From the IMG/VR virus record IMGVR_UViG_3300010430_000025, positions 1 to 64,000 of that record: a stretch of 64,000 nt of DNA. The stretch is one strand, 5' to 3'. The notes beneath the pieces were generated by a model, which saw nothing but the letters and a program-made list of their open reading frames with translations, ran no database searches and was not told the DNA's origin. Below are positions 30,429 to 41,178 of this stretch, in pieces. This stretch comes from a virus. The translations under genes were made by a program, and so were the position numbers. Position 1 is the stretch's first letter, and each line of letters starts with the position of its first letter.

Positions 30429-33400
30429 ATGCCACAAGAACCTTCATATAGCCAACAAATTTATGATTATTTAGGGACGCTGGATAACACATACCAAAAA
30501 GACGTCTCTTTTGATAAATTTGAATCTTCTATGCAAGATAGAAATTTTGCACAAGAAACTTATGACTGGATAAACAGCGCAGACAACACATTTGGGAAAG
30601 ATGTTCCTTTTGAAAAATTTTATAGTTCGTTAAAAAAAAAAGACCTTTCGCTTCAAGAGCGATTACGACCTTCTGCAAATGGCTCGCAGACTATTTCAGC
30701 GTCTACTAAGGAAGTAGCAGAAATTCCTTTTCAAGAAAGGGAGGGAACCTTTAAAGAAAAACTACAGCCGACTAAAAAGCAATCTGAATGGTGGGAAATA
30801 ACGCCAAAGCCTGTTACAGAAGATGAAAAACCTTTTGACCTTACTACAGGCATACAAAACGCCCAAAGGATAAACGCTAAAAACATAATAGAATCATCTG
30901 TTAGAAAAAAACTAGAGCCTACAACGCCACCCGAATTGTTAGACCAGCAAGTTAGGGAGTATATAGATGAAAACACGGGAGAAAAGGCTGAGGAGAAGCT
31001 AAAAAATAGCAGAACACCAAAGTTTGTTGAGATAAGCCAAACCGAAATGGGCTTTGGTGAAGACTTGATTGGCAATTATAAGAAAACTATGACCCCTGAT
31101 GTGTTTAATACACTAACGCAAAGGGTTATTATTGATAAGCCTTATTTAAAACAGGCTGAACTTGATGAATACCCAAGTGAGATTATAGCTTTAAACGGCT
31201 TTGATAGAAACTCTTTAAGCGAGCCTGTAACAAGGAAATTACTACAACTACTTCAAGACAACCCTGTATATAAGAAAGATATACTAAGGGCAATGTCTCG
31301 AAAAGGTGATGATTATAAGAGTTTTACTTTATCTGCTAAAGACCAAGAAAAATATTTAAGGTTAGCAACGGTAGCGTCGCCAAGTACGCAAAAAGCTCAA
31401 GAGAATTTAAGAAATATAGAAAACTCTCCAATATATAAAGAGCAATTAAAACCTTTTTTTGAAGCCAAAACACAACTTGATAAAGATGCGGCGTTGTTTA
31501 ACGCAAAATACCCTAATCTAAAAGATGTGGAGCAAAGATTTGCTAAAAACCCTAACGACCAAACAGCAGCTTTATTTTTAAGGGATGTTTATGAAAACCC
31601 AGAATATCAAAGTTTATTACAAAGGCAGCAGGAATTAAACGCTGTAGAAAGTGGATTGTCTTCTGATATAGATAACTACATATCTAATGCAAAAACTGTT
31701 TACGAGGCTCAAAACCAATATCAAAAAGCAACTAATAATAGCAAGGCTATTTCTCAGGCTCGAATTGATGCTGATGTAAAAGAAATTAGCGATAGGGTTG
31801 AGGGAGTGATACCCAACATGATGAAAAAGTTTAGCAACGCTACTATTGACCTTGTAAAGGGGATAGAAACGGCTATACCTGAACTGTACAAAGGAGCGTC
31901 AGAAGCTGTATTAGGCGCAGAGGGTTCACGGGAAGACCCTCTATATAGGGGGGCTGATTTAATAAGTGATTATTTAGCGGAAGGTGTAGATACGTGGAAA
32001 ATGGGTGATAAGCCTACAGGAGGCTTTATGAATGAGGACGGCTCTTTTAATGGAGAAAATTTACTGTATAGTATTGCTGAGGCAGCACCATTGTTTTTAA
32101 CCTTAGCAGCAGGGAATCAATTAGCCGCTCCTAAAATAATGCAAACACTTGGAGTAGGGCAAAGAGCAGCTAATACTATAGCTACTGTTGGCGGAATGTA
32201 TGTTACTACCTACGCACAAAATGCTGACATAGCAGACCAAATGGGTATAACAGGCAGGGCTAAAACCTTATACGCCCAATCTATGACCTTAAACGAGGCG
32301 TTATGGGAAAGTATATTGCCGAACAACAAAGTATTTGGTAGAAGCCTTAAAAAACAGCTAATAGAAGAGTTTTCAAAAGAGCTTGTAGAGAAAGGCGAAA
32401 AGTATGCTGTAAAATCATTACTGAAAAAATCAGGAATGGTTATAGGTAGAATGGGGCTTGATGGTGGATTAGAAGGTATAGAAGAAATAGGCGTAAACTA
32501 CACACAACCCTTAATAAACGAGGCGGTGAATAACGTTAAGGATATGGGTCAAAATCTAAACACAGATATGCCTACCCTTGCACAAAATGTTAATGCCTTC
32601 GCTCCTGCATTTTTTATGAGTTCTATACCAAGTGGAGTATCAAGTGCTGCCAGTTTAAACTTAAGTCAATCACAATTAGCTGAAATGGCTGCTCAGGATA
32701 TTGAAGGCACATTAAAGATGCTTGAGAAAAGTGGTTTAAGCGTTGAAGATAAAAAGAATATAGCAGTAATATTAGAAACGTATAATGTATTAGGTAAGCA
32801 AATGCCCGATGCCAGTCAGGGTAAAAGGGCTTATGCTATACCGCGTATAACACGTATAGAAGAGTTACAAGCACAGGCGACTACAGAAGGTAGAAACCCA
32901 ACATTAGTAAAAGCTGATGAAAACGAAATCTCTAAACTTCAAAAAGAGGTAGAAGACGCTTTAGCTATGAGTGATGAGGAGTTTAAAAGCATTTACGATA
33001 AAGAAATGGCTGCTTCTATAGAAAAAGAATATGGCGCGCCTGACGAGGTGGAAGATGTAGTTGACTCAAAAGAGTCTACCGTCAAAGAAGAAAAAGTTTC
33101 AGAAACTATTGAAACTCCAACAGGTGAAGCTACTTTATCGGAAGAGCAAAAGGCAGAAAAATCAAAAGAAACACCTGCTAATACTGATGAGGTAATTGAA
33201 GATAAAATTAAACCAAACAATGAAGATACTAACACTAAAACAGTACAAGAGACTACACAAGTTGAGAAGCCTACAACACAACAGCCAGAGCAAGTCGTTG
33301 AGGCAAGTAGCGAAAACGTTTCTGAACAGCCTACTACAGTAGATAAACCAGTTAGTGCAAAAAATGCACCTACTGAAAAACCTAACATTATTCGCCCCAA

Positions 33401-36400
33401 TAAAAGCATAATTTTAGAAGAGCCAATAGTTTCAAAAGAAAAAGAAAAAATTTCTATTAGGATTGACGGGGGAGAAGAAATTGTAAGTGGACAAAAAGTA
33501 ACCATACCATATTACGAAGCCCTTGAATTATTTGCCGTAAAGGACGGAAAGCAATACATTATATATGAGAAAAACACAGGGATGTCTTTAGCCGCAAATG
33601 ATACCGTTCAAAAAGCAGCAAACAACGTATATCAAACTCTTTTGTATCAGCAAGCATTTAATGATAACGGATATCTTTCTATCTATCAAATTATTAATGA
33701 TAACATTGATAAAAATGGAGGAACTGTAAATAATGGCAAAAAATACACAGAAACCCCTATTGTTATCCCAATAACAGAAGATAAAATAAAAATACTTGAG
33801 AGGACAATAAAAGAAACGCAAAGTAAAATATCGGAAGAGGAAGCTCGTGCCAAAAACTATATGGCTCAGCCAAACACCGAATTTTTAGAGCAATATGTAA
33901 AAGAAACAAAAGAAAAAATAGAAAGGCTTAAAAAGCCAACAGCACCTACTGAAAAACCTGCTATCACCCCCGAAGAAACAGAAACCTTAAATAAGGAAGC
34001 TGAAAAATTAGGGTATGAAAATATTTTCAAGGCTACGAACTCGATTAATAAACGCTTAGGTACTGACTACAAAGACTACCGTGATATACCCAAAGAGGAC
34101 TTGCAAAAAGTTAGTGAGCAAAGAAAGGCAGAAAAAACACCTGTTGTAGAAGCAAAGGCTAAGTCTAAAAAGGGGAAAACGTATTCTAAAACAGTACAAA
34201 ACTTCGAGCCACAAGACATTACAGACCATATTGCTGAGTTCTTTTTAAAGGGGAGGGCAAGTATAGACAGTTATAAAAGCAATGGCGATAGTGTTGATAT
34301 AGAGCCTTCAAAATATATAAAATTCTTAAAAAAAGAAGGGCAACCGATAGACCAAATAGCGCAGGACTTAAAGTTTCTACCTCAATTTGAAAATATTGAC
34401 GAAAAAGAAATTATAGAAGCCATAGTTGACTTTATTAAAAACGAGCCTTCACCAGAAGGTTATATACAAAGAAAGGCTGATGAAAAAGAAATTGCAGAAA
34501 TCTACGAGCAAATTAAGCCAGAAGTTGAAGCAATAGACCAAACAACTACCGCAAACGAAGAGCGTATAAATAAGTTTTTAGAAAAATTTGATTACTTAGA
34601 CGAACTTGGGAATATTGATGCTGAAAAAGTATTACAAAACCTTGATGAATTTAACAATGACCCGACATATTTCGGGAATATACTTGATTTAAACGAGAAT
34701 GAAAGAGAACAGCTTAGACAAATCGCGGAAGAAAGAAAGTCCAGCGATGCAACTGGCGAGACTGCTAAAATTAGTAAAAGCACGAGCAGCGAAGAACCCA
34801 CCAAAGAATCCGAAGGACAATTAGACTTAAAAGCTAAAACCTTTTCTCAATCAAAGCCTGAGTTTATTGATAAAAATAGTTCTGAGTTTAAAAGTAAAGA
34901 AGAAGCAGGTAAATTCTGGGAGGACAGCAGGAATAAAGGCTCTGATACATTTTATTCTGAAAACCCTCAATACTTTGTTTTAGGGGCTACATCTAATATT
35001 AAAGGGCAAATAAATATTGACCCAATATATAATCAAACACCTAAAAAACTAAACGAAATAGTATTAGATTTAACCAAAAATTTCGAGAAAGATGTTTTAT
35101 ATACTAAAACAAAATCTAAAGGGCGTAGATATTTAGGGTATTATAAACCAAGTAATGCCGCCCTAGTTATAAAACACATTAACGACCTTAATACAACCGC
35201 GCACGAAATTGGGCACGCCTTAGATGATAGGTATGGGTTTTTAGAAAAACTGTTATCAAAAGAAGGCAGCCCGATAAAAGAGGAATTGTTACAGCTATCT
35301 AAAACGGGGTCAAAGCCGCCTAAAGATTTGCAAGACAAAAAGCAATACAAACTTGGAGAGGGAGTAGCTGAATGGATAAGAGCATTTATAATAAACCCTG
35401 ACGAAACAATAAATAAATACCCTGAAATATATAATTGGTACAAAGAAACTGTACCAGAAAAAGGACAAAAAGCAATAGATGTATTTAGTAATGATGTTAG
35501 GGTGTTCGCGGGAAGTACTGCTATAAACAAGATACAAGCAAATATAGTGTTTGACCCAGAAAAGAAAAAGGGCTCTATTGTAGAGTTTTTCAAACCTTCA
35601 GCAGCTTCTCAAGAGGGGTTTAACTTAAATTGGGGGGATAGATTATCTGTAAAATGGATTGATAGAACACAAGCTATAAAAACAGCTACTGATTACGCTA
35701 CAAACATTAACGGAACAGAATTGTTACCCAAAAATAACCCTGTTTTACTTGCTAGGCTAGTACTAGGAATAAATGAAAAGATGGATAACATCTTTGAAAA
35801 TGGAATGGTGGACGCTAACCTTAAAAGAATAGTAGATAAAAAAACAGGCAAGAATTTAAACATAGAATTTTTAATAGAGAATTTTGATAGCAGCAGCCTT
35901 GAATCAATAAAAGAAGAGCAACAGTTTACAGCGTCTGTCATGGTTGCTCAAAGGGTAAAAGAACTGTATAATCGGTTTGAAAAAGAAAATAGTGAAGCAA
36001 AAGAAAAAGGGTTACCTATTCCACATAGTAATATAGACAGGATTATAAATGCAGGGGGTGGATTGTTTAAAAACATGGATGTAGTTAATGAGGCTCTTAA
36101 TGAATTTGAGCAACTAAAAACAGATAACCCAGAAAAGGCGAAAAGAATTGAAGAAAGCGCAAGGAGATTAAGAGTATTTGCTGACGCATCATTACAATAC
36201 CTTAAAGATAACGGTAGAATATCCGAAGATTTTTATGAGCAAATAAAAGCAAACGGGATGGAGTATGTTGGGTTAGGCAGGGTAATGGAAGCTAATCCAA
36301 ACGAAAGGGTAACGGGATTTAAAAACAATAATGGAGGAGCGTTAGGGACTGTAGCTTCTTTTGAAAAAGTAAGTGGTAGCGAAAGAATGCTTAAAGACCC

Positions 36401-38138
36401 TTATTCTTTTTTAATTGAAACAGTTTATAAATCTGTAAAAGAGGGGGATAGAAACAAGGTTGCTTTGTCTTTTGTTAATATGCTTGAATCTACTCGACAA
36501 ATGTACGAGGGAGAACCAAATGCTTTAGCAACAGTAGGCAGACCCTCTAAAAAAGGCGAGCCAAATACTATAGAGGTTTTTAGAAACGGAGAACCTGAGT
36601 ACTGGCAGCTAAACCCTGATATATACGATGCCTTTAAAAACCTAAACTCATTAGCGGGTAAAATCCCTGCTGTATTTACTTTTTTACCCTCTATAATGCG
36701 ATGGACTGTAACTAACAGTCCCGTATTTGCTTTGCGAAACAGGGCAAGGGATTTACAGCAAAAAGCTATTTTAAATAAGGACGGGTTTAGATTTAGCGAC
36801 TGGCTAAATAAAAAAGAATATAAGGACAGGTATGCTTTATTTGGGGGGGGGCAAGCGGGCTACCATTTACTTAACGAAGATTTCTATTATAGAACGCTAA
36901 AAGAAAAAATGGAGGAGTTAGCGAAAGATAAGAATACTCTTTTGTTAGCCCCTAAAAAAATAGGGCAAGCGTATTCTAATCTATTAGCAAATAGCGAGAG
37001 AGCAACCCGACTAGAACAATATACGGCTACTTATAGAAAGGCTAAGAAAAAAGGGCTTGATGATTATGATGCAAATTTAGTAGCCGCTTATGAATCGAGA
37101 GACTTAATGGATTTTGCTGTTGCAGGGACATGGATGCAGTATATTAACCAGATAATTCCCTTTAGTAACGCAGCAGTAAGAGGAACAGAAAAAGCCATAA
37201 GAACAGCGTATAAAGACCCTGTAGGGTTTTCTGTAAGAATGATGTTGTACTCTGTTATTCCGTCTGTTTTAACGCTTTTAATAGCAAAAGAAATGGGTGG
37301 GGACGAGGATGATGATTGGTATTCTCAACTACCTGCATGGAGAAGAGATTTATTTTACAATATAAAAACGGGAGATAATTTAGTTATAGCTATTCCTAAG
37401 CCTTTTGAATTAGGAGTGGTTGGAAGTGGCGCAGAACGAGTGATAGATAGGACTGTTTATAAAAATGAAAAAGCCTTTGAAGGATATGGAGGGTCAGTTG
37501 CTACCTCTTTGTTCCCTTTTGATGAAAGTGCTATAGCGGGACCATACGGAACATTGGTAGAGATGGCAGCTAACTATGATTTCTTTAGAAAGAAAAACAT
37601 TATACCCTCTTACGAAGCTAATAAAAAACTCTCTTTAAGAGAGGGCGACAAATACGCAAGTAACTTAGGAAAAGTTATACAAAACGCTACTGGCGTAGAT
37701 GCCAGAAAAGTAGACTTTCTTATAAAAGATATGTTTACTTATTATGGTGATTGGGCAACAAAGGCTTCAAATATTGGAGACAGTACTAAAAGGTCGTTTG
37801 ATTTGCCTACTACTGGTTTTTTAAGAAACGATGCGGTATCTCAAAACTTAGATGTTAAATGGGTAGAGAATGCTGCCGAAAGTTATGGTATAACACAAAA
37901 ACTACCTTATAGATTAACTACAAGTAGGGATTTAGCTGTTTTACACGCAAGGTTAAGGTCAGATTTCTTTGCTTTGAAAGACGCTGAAAAGAAGTATTAT
38001 AAAATTAAGACTGATGAAGAAAAAGACTTAGCGGCAAAAGAGTTAAGAAAATTAGCAACTCTATTAAGGAAATCTTGGGAGAAAGACGTAAAAGAACTTG
38101 AAAAGTTACAGGTAGCGGTTCTTAAAGCGCAGGAATAG
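30429..38138 (+). CDS. large polyvalent internal virion protein (zincin HExxH module, C-terminal LPD38-like domain)
   Basis: TTAHEIGHALD...GEGVAE metallopeptidase motif; IIPFSNA...IPKPFELG typical of LPD38. Confidence 0.7.
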   Translation: MPQEPSYSQQIYDYLGTLDNTYQKDVSFDKFESSMQDRNFAQETYDWINSADNTFGKDVPFEKFYSSLKKKDLSLQERLRPSANGSQTISASTKEVAEIPFQEREGTFKEKLQPTKKQSEWWEITPKPVTEDEKPFDLTTGIQNAQRINAKNIIESSVRKKLEPTTPPELLDQQVREYIDENTGEKAEEKLKNSRTPKFVEISQTEMGFGEDLIGNYKKTMTPDVFNTLTQRVIIDKPYLKQAELDEYPSEIIALNGFDRNSLSEPVTRKLLQLLQDNPVYKKDILRAMSRKGDDYKSFTLSAKDQEKYLRLATVASPSTQKAQENLRNIENSPIYKEQLKPFFEAKTQLDKDAALFNAKYPNLKDVEQRFAKNPNDQTAALFLRDVYENPEYQSLLQRQQELNAVESGLSSDIDNYISNAKTVYEAQNQYQKATNNSKAISQARIDADVKEISDRVEGVIPNMMKKFSNATIDLVKGIETAIPELYKGASEAVLGAEGSREDPLYRGADLISDYLAEGVDTWKMGDKPTGGFMNEDGSFNGENLLYSIAEAAPLFLTLAAGNQLAAPKIMQTLGVGQRAANTIATVGGMYVTTYAQNADIADQMGITGRAKTLYAQSMTLNEALWESILPNNKVFGRSLKKQLIEEFSKELVEKGEKYAVKSLLKKSGMVIGRMGLDGGLEGIEEIGVNYTQPLINEAVNNVKDMGQNLNTDMPTLAQNVNAFAPAFFMSSIPSGVSSAASLNLSQSQLAEMAAQDIEGTLKMLEKSGLSVEDKKNIAVILETYNVLGKQMPDASQGKRAYAIPRITRIEELQAQATTEGRNPTLVKADENEISKLQKEVEDALAMSDEEFKSIYDKEMAASIEKEYGAPDEVEDVVDSKESTVKEEKVSETIETPTGEATLSEEQKAEKSKETPANTDEVIEDKIKPNNEDTNTKTVQETTQVEKPTTQQPEQVVEASSENVSEQPTTVDKPVSAKNAPTEKPNIIRPNKSIILEEPIVSKEKEKISIRIDGGEEIVSGQKVTIPYYEALELFAVKDGKQYIIYEKNTGMSLAANDTVQKAANNVYQTLLYQQAFNDNGYLSIYQIINDNIDKNGGTVNNGKKYTETPIVIPITEDKIKILERTIKETQSKISEEEARAKNYMAQPNTEFLEQYVKETKEKIERLKKPTAPTEKPAITPEETETLNKEAEKLGYENIFKATNSINKRLGTDYKDYRDIPKEDLQKVSEQRKAEKTPVVEAKAKSKKGKTYSKTVQNFEPQDITDHIAEFFLKGRASIDSYKSNGDSVDIEPSKYIKFLKKEGQPIDQIAQDLKFLPQFENIDEKEIIEAIVDFIKNEPSPEGYIQRKADEKEIAEIYEQIKPEVEAIDQTTTANEERINKFLEKFDYLDELGNIDAEKVLQNLDEFNNDPTYFGNILDLNENEREQLRQIAEERKSSDATGETAKISKSTSSEEPTKESEGQLDLKAKTFSQSKPEFIDKNSSEFKSKEEAGKFWEDSRNKGSDTFYSENPQYFVLGATSNIKGQINIDPIYNQTPKKLNEIVLDLTKNFEKDVLYTKTKSKGRRYLGYYKPSNAALVIKHINDLNTTAHEIGHALDDRYGFLEKLLSKEGSPIKEELLQLSKTGSKPPKDLQDKKQYKLGEGVAEWIRAFIINPDETINKYPEIYNWYKETVPEKGQKAIDVFSNDVRVFAGSTAINKIQANIVFDPEKKKGSIVEFFKPSAASQEGFNLNWGDRLSVKWIDRTQAIKTATDYATNINGTELLPKNNPVLLARLVLGINEKMDNIFENGMVDANLKRIVDKKTGKNLNIEFLIENFDSSSLESIKEEQQFTASVMVAQRVKELYNRFEKENSEAKEKGLPIPHSNIDRIINAGGGLFKNMDVVNEALNEFEQLKTDNPEKAKRIEESARRLRVFADASLQYLKDNGRISEDFYEQIKANGMEYVGLGRVMEANPNERVTGFKNNNGGALGTVASFEKVSGSERMLKDPYSFLIETVYKSVKEGDRNKVALSFVNMLESTRQMYEGEPNALATVGRPSKKGEPNTIEVFRNGEPEYWQLNPDIYDAFKNLNSLAGKIPAVFTFLPSIMRWTVTNSPVFALRNRARDLQQKAILNKDGFRFSDWLNKKEYKDRYALFGGGQAGYHLLNEDFYYRTLKEKMEELAKDKNTLLLAPKKIGQAYSNLLANSERATRLEQYTATYRKAKKKGLDDYDANLVAAYESRDLMDFAVAGTWMQYINQIIPFSNAAVRGTEKAIRTAYKDPVGFSVRMMLYSVIPSVLTLLIAKEMGGDEDDDWYSQLPAWRRDLFYNIKTGDNLVIAIPKPFELGVVGSGAERVIDRTVYKNEKAFEGYGGSVATSLFPFDESAIAGPYGTLVEMAANYDFFRKKNIIPSYEANKKLSLREGDKYASNLGKVIQNATGVDARKVDFLIKDMFTYYGDWATKASNIGDSTKRSFDLPTTGFLRNDAVSQNLDVKWVENAAESYGITQKLPYRLTTSRDLAVLHARLRSDFFALKDAEKKYYKIKTDEEKDLAAKELRKLATLLRKSWEKDVKELEKLQVAVLKAQE

Positions 38139-38338
38139 CCTTATTCTTATAGTGCTGTAAATTTCTTTACAAACGATTATTTATAAGTGCATAAAAGCTG
38201 TTCTATATTTGTCTCTTTCCTCAGTAACTTTTTTAAGTTTCTCTTCAAGTTCTGAATTTCTATTTCTCAGGTACTTTATGCGTTGCCACATCTTATATTC
38301 TCTTAGAGTGTGGCTTGAAATAAGTTTGAATTTCATAA

Positions 38339-38923
38339 TCAATTGTTTTTAAGTTCACTACTAACATTAATATGATTAGTTTTTAATTTGGGTATATCAA
38401 CATTCCAGTCTACAAAGTTATCACCACTATCCCAACGTAAAAATGTATTAGGGCTTATAGCAAAGTAACCGTTTTCTAATTGCAATACGTGATGTCCTTT
38501 AACGCTCTTATCATTAGCATAACCAAAAGGATATGTACTATTATAAACTTCTTCTATAGTAAATAGATACTTGCCCCTATACTTGCTTTTATTCCTTGAG
38601 GTAAATACAGCTTCGCAGTTATGTAGATACCAATATACTATACACTCAGCAGAGGAGCCCTGACTATCCCACCATGACAAGTTTTGCTGTATAGTTTCTA
38701 ACTCATCGCTTTTAAAGTCCTCTGCATTCTCATTCCATACAAAAGATGATATTGGCAGGTTATTGTATATAACACCGCTTTCAAGCATAATGTGAAAGGT
38801 TAAGGCGTTATTAAGGGCTATTTTAGCCGCAAATATCTCACAGGGTAAATACCCTTGCTCATTGCTTATAACGTCCTTACGGACAAAGCATGGGACAACT
38901 GGAGTGTTTATGTTGCTTGTCAT
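38339..38923 (-). CDS. conserved phage hypothetical protein
   Basis: FHIMLESGVIYNNLPISSF, GKYLFTI, LENGYFAISPN pattern common in aquatic phages. Confidence 0.65.
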   Translation of the reverse strand: MTSNINTPVVPCFVRKDVISNEQGYLPCEIFAAKIALNNALTFHIMLESGVIYNNLPISSFVWNENAEDFKSDELETIQQNLSWWDSQGSSAECIVYWYLHNCEAVFTSRNKSKYRGKYLFTIEEVYNSTYPFGYANDKSVKGHHVLQLENGYFAISPNTFLRWDSGDNFVDWNVDIPKLKTNHINVSSELKNN

Positions 38924-39423
38924 TAATCAAATTTAGGTAGTGGAGCGTTTAAAATACTACCTGTAGGGGCAGAACCAATGGGGTATCCCTCAAAATCAAC
39001 AGGGGTATTGCTTTCCATTTCTTTAGCGCATATCTCCCTTTGCTCTTTACACTTTTGTTCAGCGTAGGCTATTATTAACTCTTTTAACCCTCTTTCGTGA
39101 AGAGTGTTTACTTCATCTAAAATATCTCCAGTTCCTACACCTATTAAGTGCGCTGCATCGTAATTAGATAATATATCTTCAAGATGCTCACTAAATTGTT
39201 GTCCTTCTTGTTTTTGTAAGTTTTCCAGTGTCATTTTTTCTTTAAAAATTATTATACTCCCTTTTTTGTAGTGTTCTACTATATCAAAAAAATCTTTTTC
39301 AAACCCCTCTTTTGTTTTAAGTGTTTTTGAGTGTATTACCTCATTTGTTTTGTTGTCAACAGCTAAATACTCTGTATTATCTTCTTTATACGGGTCAATC
39401 ACCATAGTATATCTATTTTTCAT
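38923..39423 (-). CDS. hypothetical protein
   Basis: Coupled ORF. Confidence 0.5.
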   Translation of the reverse strand: MKNRYTMVIDPYKEDNTEYLAVDNKTNEVIHSKTLKTKEGFEKDFFDIVEHYKKGSIIIFKEKMTLENLQKQEGQQFSEHLEDILSNYDAAHLIGVGTGDILDEVNTLHERGLKELIIAYAEQKCKEQREICAKEMESNTPVDFEGYPIGSAPTGSILNAPLPKFD

Positions 39424-39434
39424 TATCTATACTT

Positions 39435-39683
39435 TTAGTTTAATTTTACAAATCCCAAAACACAATACCCCTCTTTTATTCCCCATTCTTCACCTGTAAG
39501 AACATAAGATACATCTAAAGTTATTCGCTGCCCTGTATATTCGTTTGTGTTGGGTAAAAACTCTTGTAACAAGAGCGCGTCTCCAACTTTAAAATCCCTA
39601 TCGTTTTTTCTAACTTCAAAGGTTTTATCACCTAATTGAACATCCTTAAAATAAGGTGGTATTGTTTTTAACTCGTGTATCAT
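39435..39683 (-). CDS. DUF3850/ASCH-like (PUA-fold) protein
   Basis: HELKTIPPYF..V..GDKTFEVRKNDRDFKVGD. Confidence 0.85.
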   Translation of the reverse strand: MIHELKTIPPYFKDVQLGDKTFEVRKNDRDFKVGDALLLQEFLPNTNEYTGQRITLDVSYVLTGEEWGIKEGYCVLGFVKLN

Positions 39684-39697
39684 ACTATTAATAGTAT

Positions 39698-39904
39698 TTA
39701 AGTTTTCTTAAAAAATGTTTCTGGCTTCATTTCTAACCATGTTACTATCTTAGTAAAGGTTTTCATATCAACAGTTTTTTTGTTTATAGCTCTATTAACA
39801 GTCATACTGCCAATACCTATTAACTTAGCGACCTCTCTAACTCCCCTACCCTCAGACTTTAATTCTATAGCTATTGAAAACTTATCCTTATCAAACTCTA
39901 TCAT
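39698..39904 (-). CDS. HTH DNA-binding protein
   Basis: GVREVAKLIGIGSMTVNRA. Confidence 0.7.
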   Translation of the reverse strand: MIEFDKDKFSIAIELKSEGRGVREVAKLIGIGSMTVNRAINKKTVDMKTFTKIVTWLEMKPETFFKKT

Positions 39905-39919
39905 AAATATATATTTAAG

Positions 39920-40348
39920 TTAATCAGTGTATGCAATAAATTTAAAATGACCTCCCGAAAACCTATCAAACCTTCCGCCAAAAGTTCCTTTAACCTTTTC
40001 AAAAACATCCTCTTTAGTAATCCCTTCGGGATATACACCTTCACATATTTGAGTAAAAGATGTGTGACCACTCACTATATAATCAATCTTAGTATTATCT
40101 AAGTCTTGATAAGTTTTTATCTTGATAGGTGTGTATTTTACTTCAGCACGTTCGTTTTCTTTTTCTATTTGCTCCTCTCTACCGTCCCATTCGCAAGCGG
40201 GGCAATATTCAGAACTATTTACACAATAGCTGCAAGGAGGGTTAATATGGCAGCTACAAGAGCCTTCTTTTTCGTATTCATCTATAATACCAATACATCC
40301 GCCTCTATTACATGTTTCTCCTTTTAAATACCCTATTTCAATATTCAT
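39920..40348 (-). CDS. Cys-rich hypothetical protein
   Basis: CNRGGC, CSCHINPPCSYC, CPAC; own -7 box at 40353-40360. Confidence 0.65.
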   Translation of the reverse strand: MNIEIGYLKGETCNRGGCIGIIDEYEKEGSCSCHINPPCSYCVNSSEYCPACEWDGREEQIEKENERAEVKYTPIKIKTYQDLDNTKIDYIVSGHTSFTQICEGVYPEGITKEDVFEKVKGTFGGRFDRFSGGHFKFIAYTD

Positions 40349-40386
40349 GATTCAAAGATACAGCTTATCTTTAATAATACAAGTGT

Positions 40387-40851
40387 TTAATCTACATAAT
40401 ATCTTTCGTCAATAGAATAATCAGCATCAGCATCTGGGATAACAACACCTAATTCCTCTGCTGCCCATCGGTGTATCTTGTCAATATACTCACTCATAAT
40501 ATCTGTACTAACTTCTCCTTTGTTAGACATACTAAGGGGGATTTTATATATTTCTGCTGTATCTTCATTAATTACTTCTTTGAATAAGAATTGTGATTTT
40601 AAGAATTGGTGTACCTGCTCTTGCGAAAACTCATTACCCATATCATTAAGGGCTTTTTTTACAAAACCAACACACACGAAGTAATACCTAAGTTGTGGTG
40701 AGGTACGTCTTTTAACTGCTTTTCTAAGTGTTAGTTCAATATTCTGCCCTTCAAACTCTGTAAGGTGTTTTAGGAACTTATCTCTTTTGTCGAGGGTTAG
40801 TTTACCTTCTTTTACTGTGCCTGTAAAGGCGTATATTAGTTTTTCAGGCAT
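40387..40851 (-). CDS. NinB/Orf-like recombination protein
   Basis: RTSPQLRYYF, VHQFLKSQFL, MSEYIDKIHRWAAEELGVVIPD. Confidence 0.65.
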   Translation of the reverse strand: MPEKLIYAFTGTVKEGKLTLDKRDKFLKHLTEFEGQNIELTLRKAVKRRTSPQLRYYFVCVGFVKKALNDMGNEFSQEQVHQFLKSQFLFKEVINEDTAEIYKIPLSMSNKGEVSTDIMSEYIDKIHRWAAEELGVVIPDADADYSIDERYYVD

Positions 40852-41171
40852 TACAATAGGTTGTTTTTAGAAGTCCACACAGGGCAATTTATACATAAAT
40901 CACTTGCTTTTTCATGTGCTGGGGTGAAGTGCTTATCATAATTAAAGTTTGGATTGGTACAATACCATTCCTTCCATGTTTGTAAAAATTGCGTCTCGCT
41001 CTCCATGCCGTTAGTGTTAATAGATTGTTTGCCGTGTTTACAGGTTTTACAAGTTCTGTATTTTGGATTAGTCCAGCACTTGCAGTTTTTTTCGTGGTTT
41101 AAGCAACTTTTTTTATCCCAATACCCTTTCCCGCAATCAGCGATATACCTTGTTACTTTTTTAGACTTCAT
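40851..41171 (-). CDS. Cys-rich hypothetical protein
   Basis: Multiple CxxC motifs. Confidence 0.55.
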   Translation of the reverse strand: MKSKKVTRYIADCGKGYWDKKSCLNHEKNCKCWTNPKYRTCKTCKHGKQSINTNGMESETQFLQTWKEWYCTNPNFNYDKHFTPAHEKASDLCINCPVWTSKNNLL

Positions 41172-41178
41172 AATTATA

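Noticed and set aside
1750-35941. Many minus-strand ORFs overlapping structural genes (e.g. 1750, 17345, 32993, 35141)
   Set aside because: Antisense shadows of long plus-strand genes with no start context or motifs
37290-37320. DEDDD in the 2569-aa protein as an RNA polymerase catalytic motif
   Set aside because: Not DFDGD/DxDGD-like; lies after a hydrophobic helix next to the LPD38-like region
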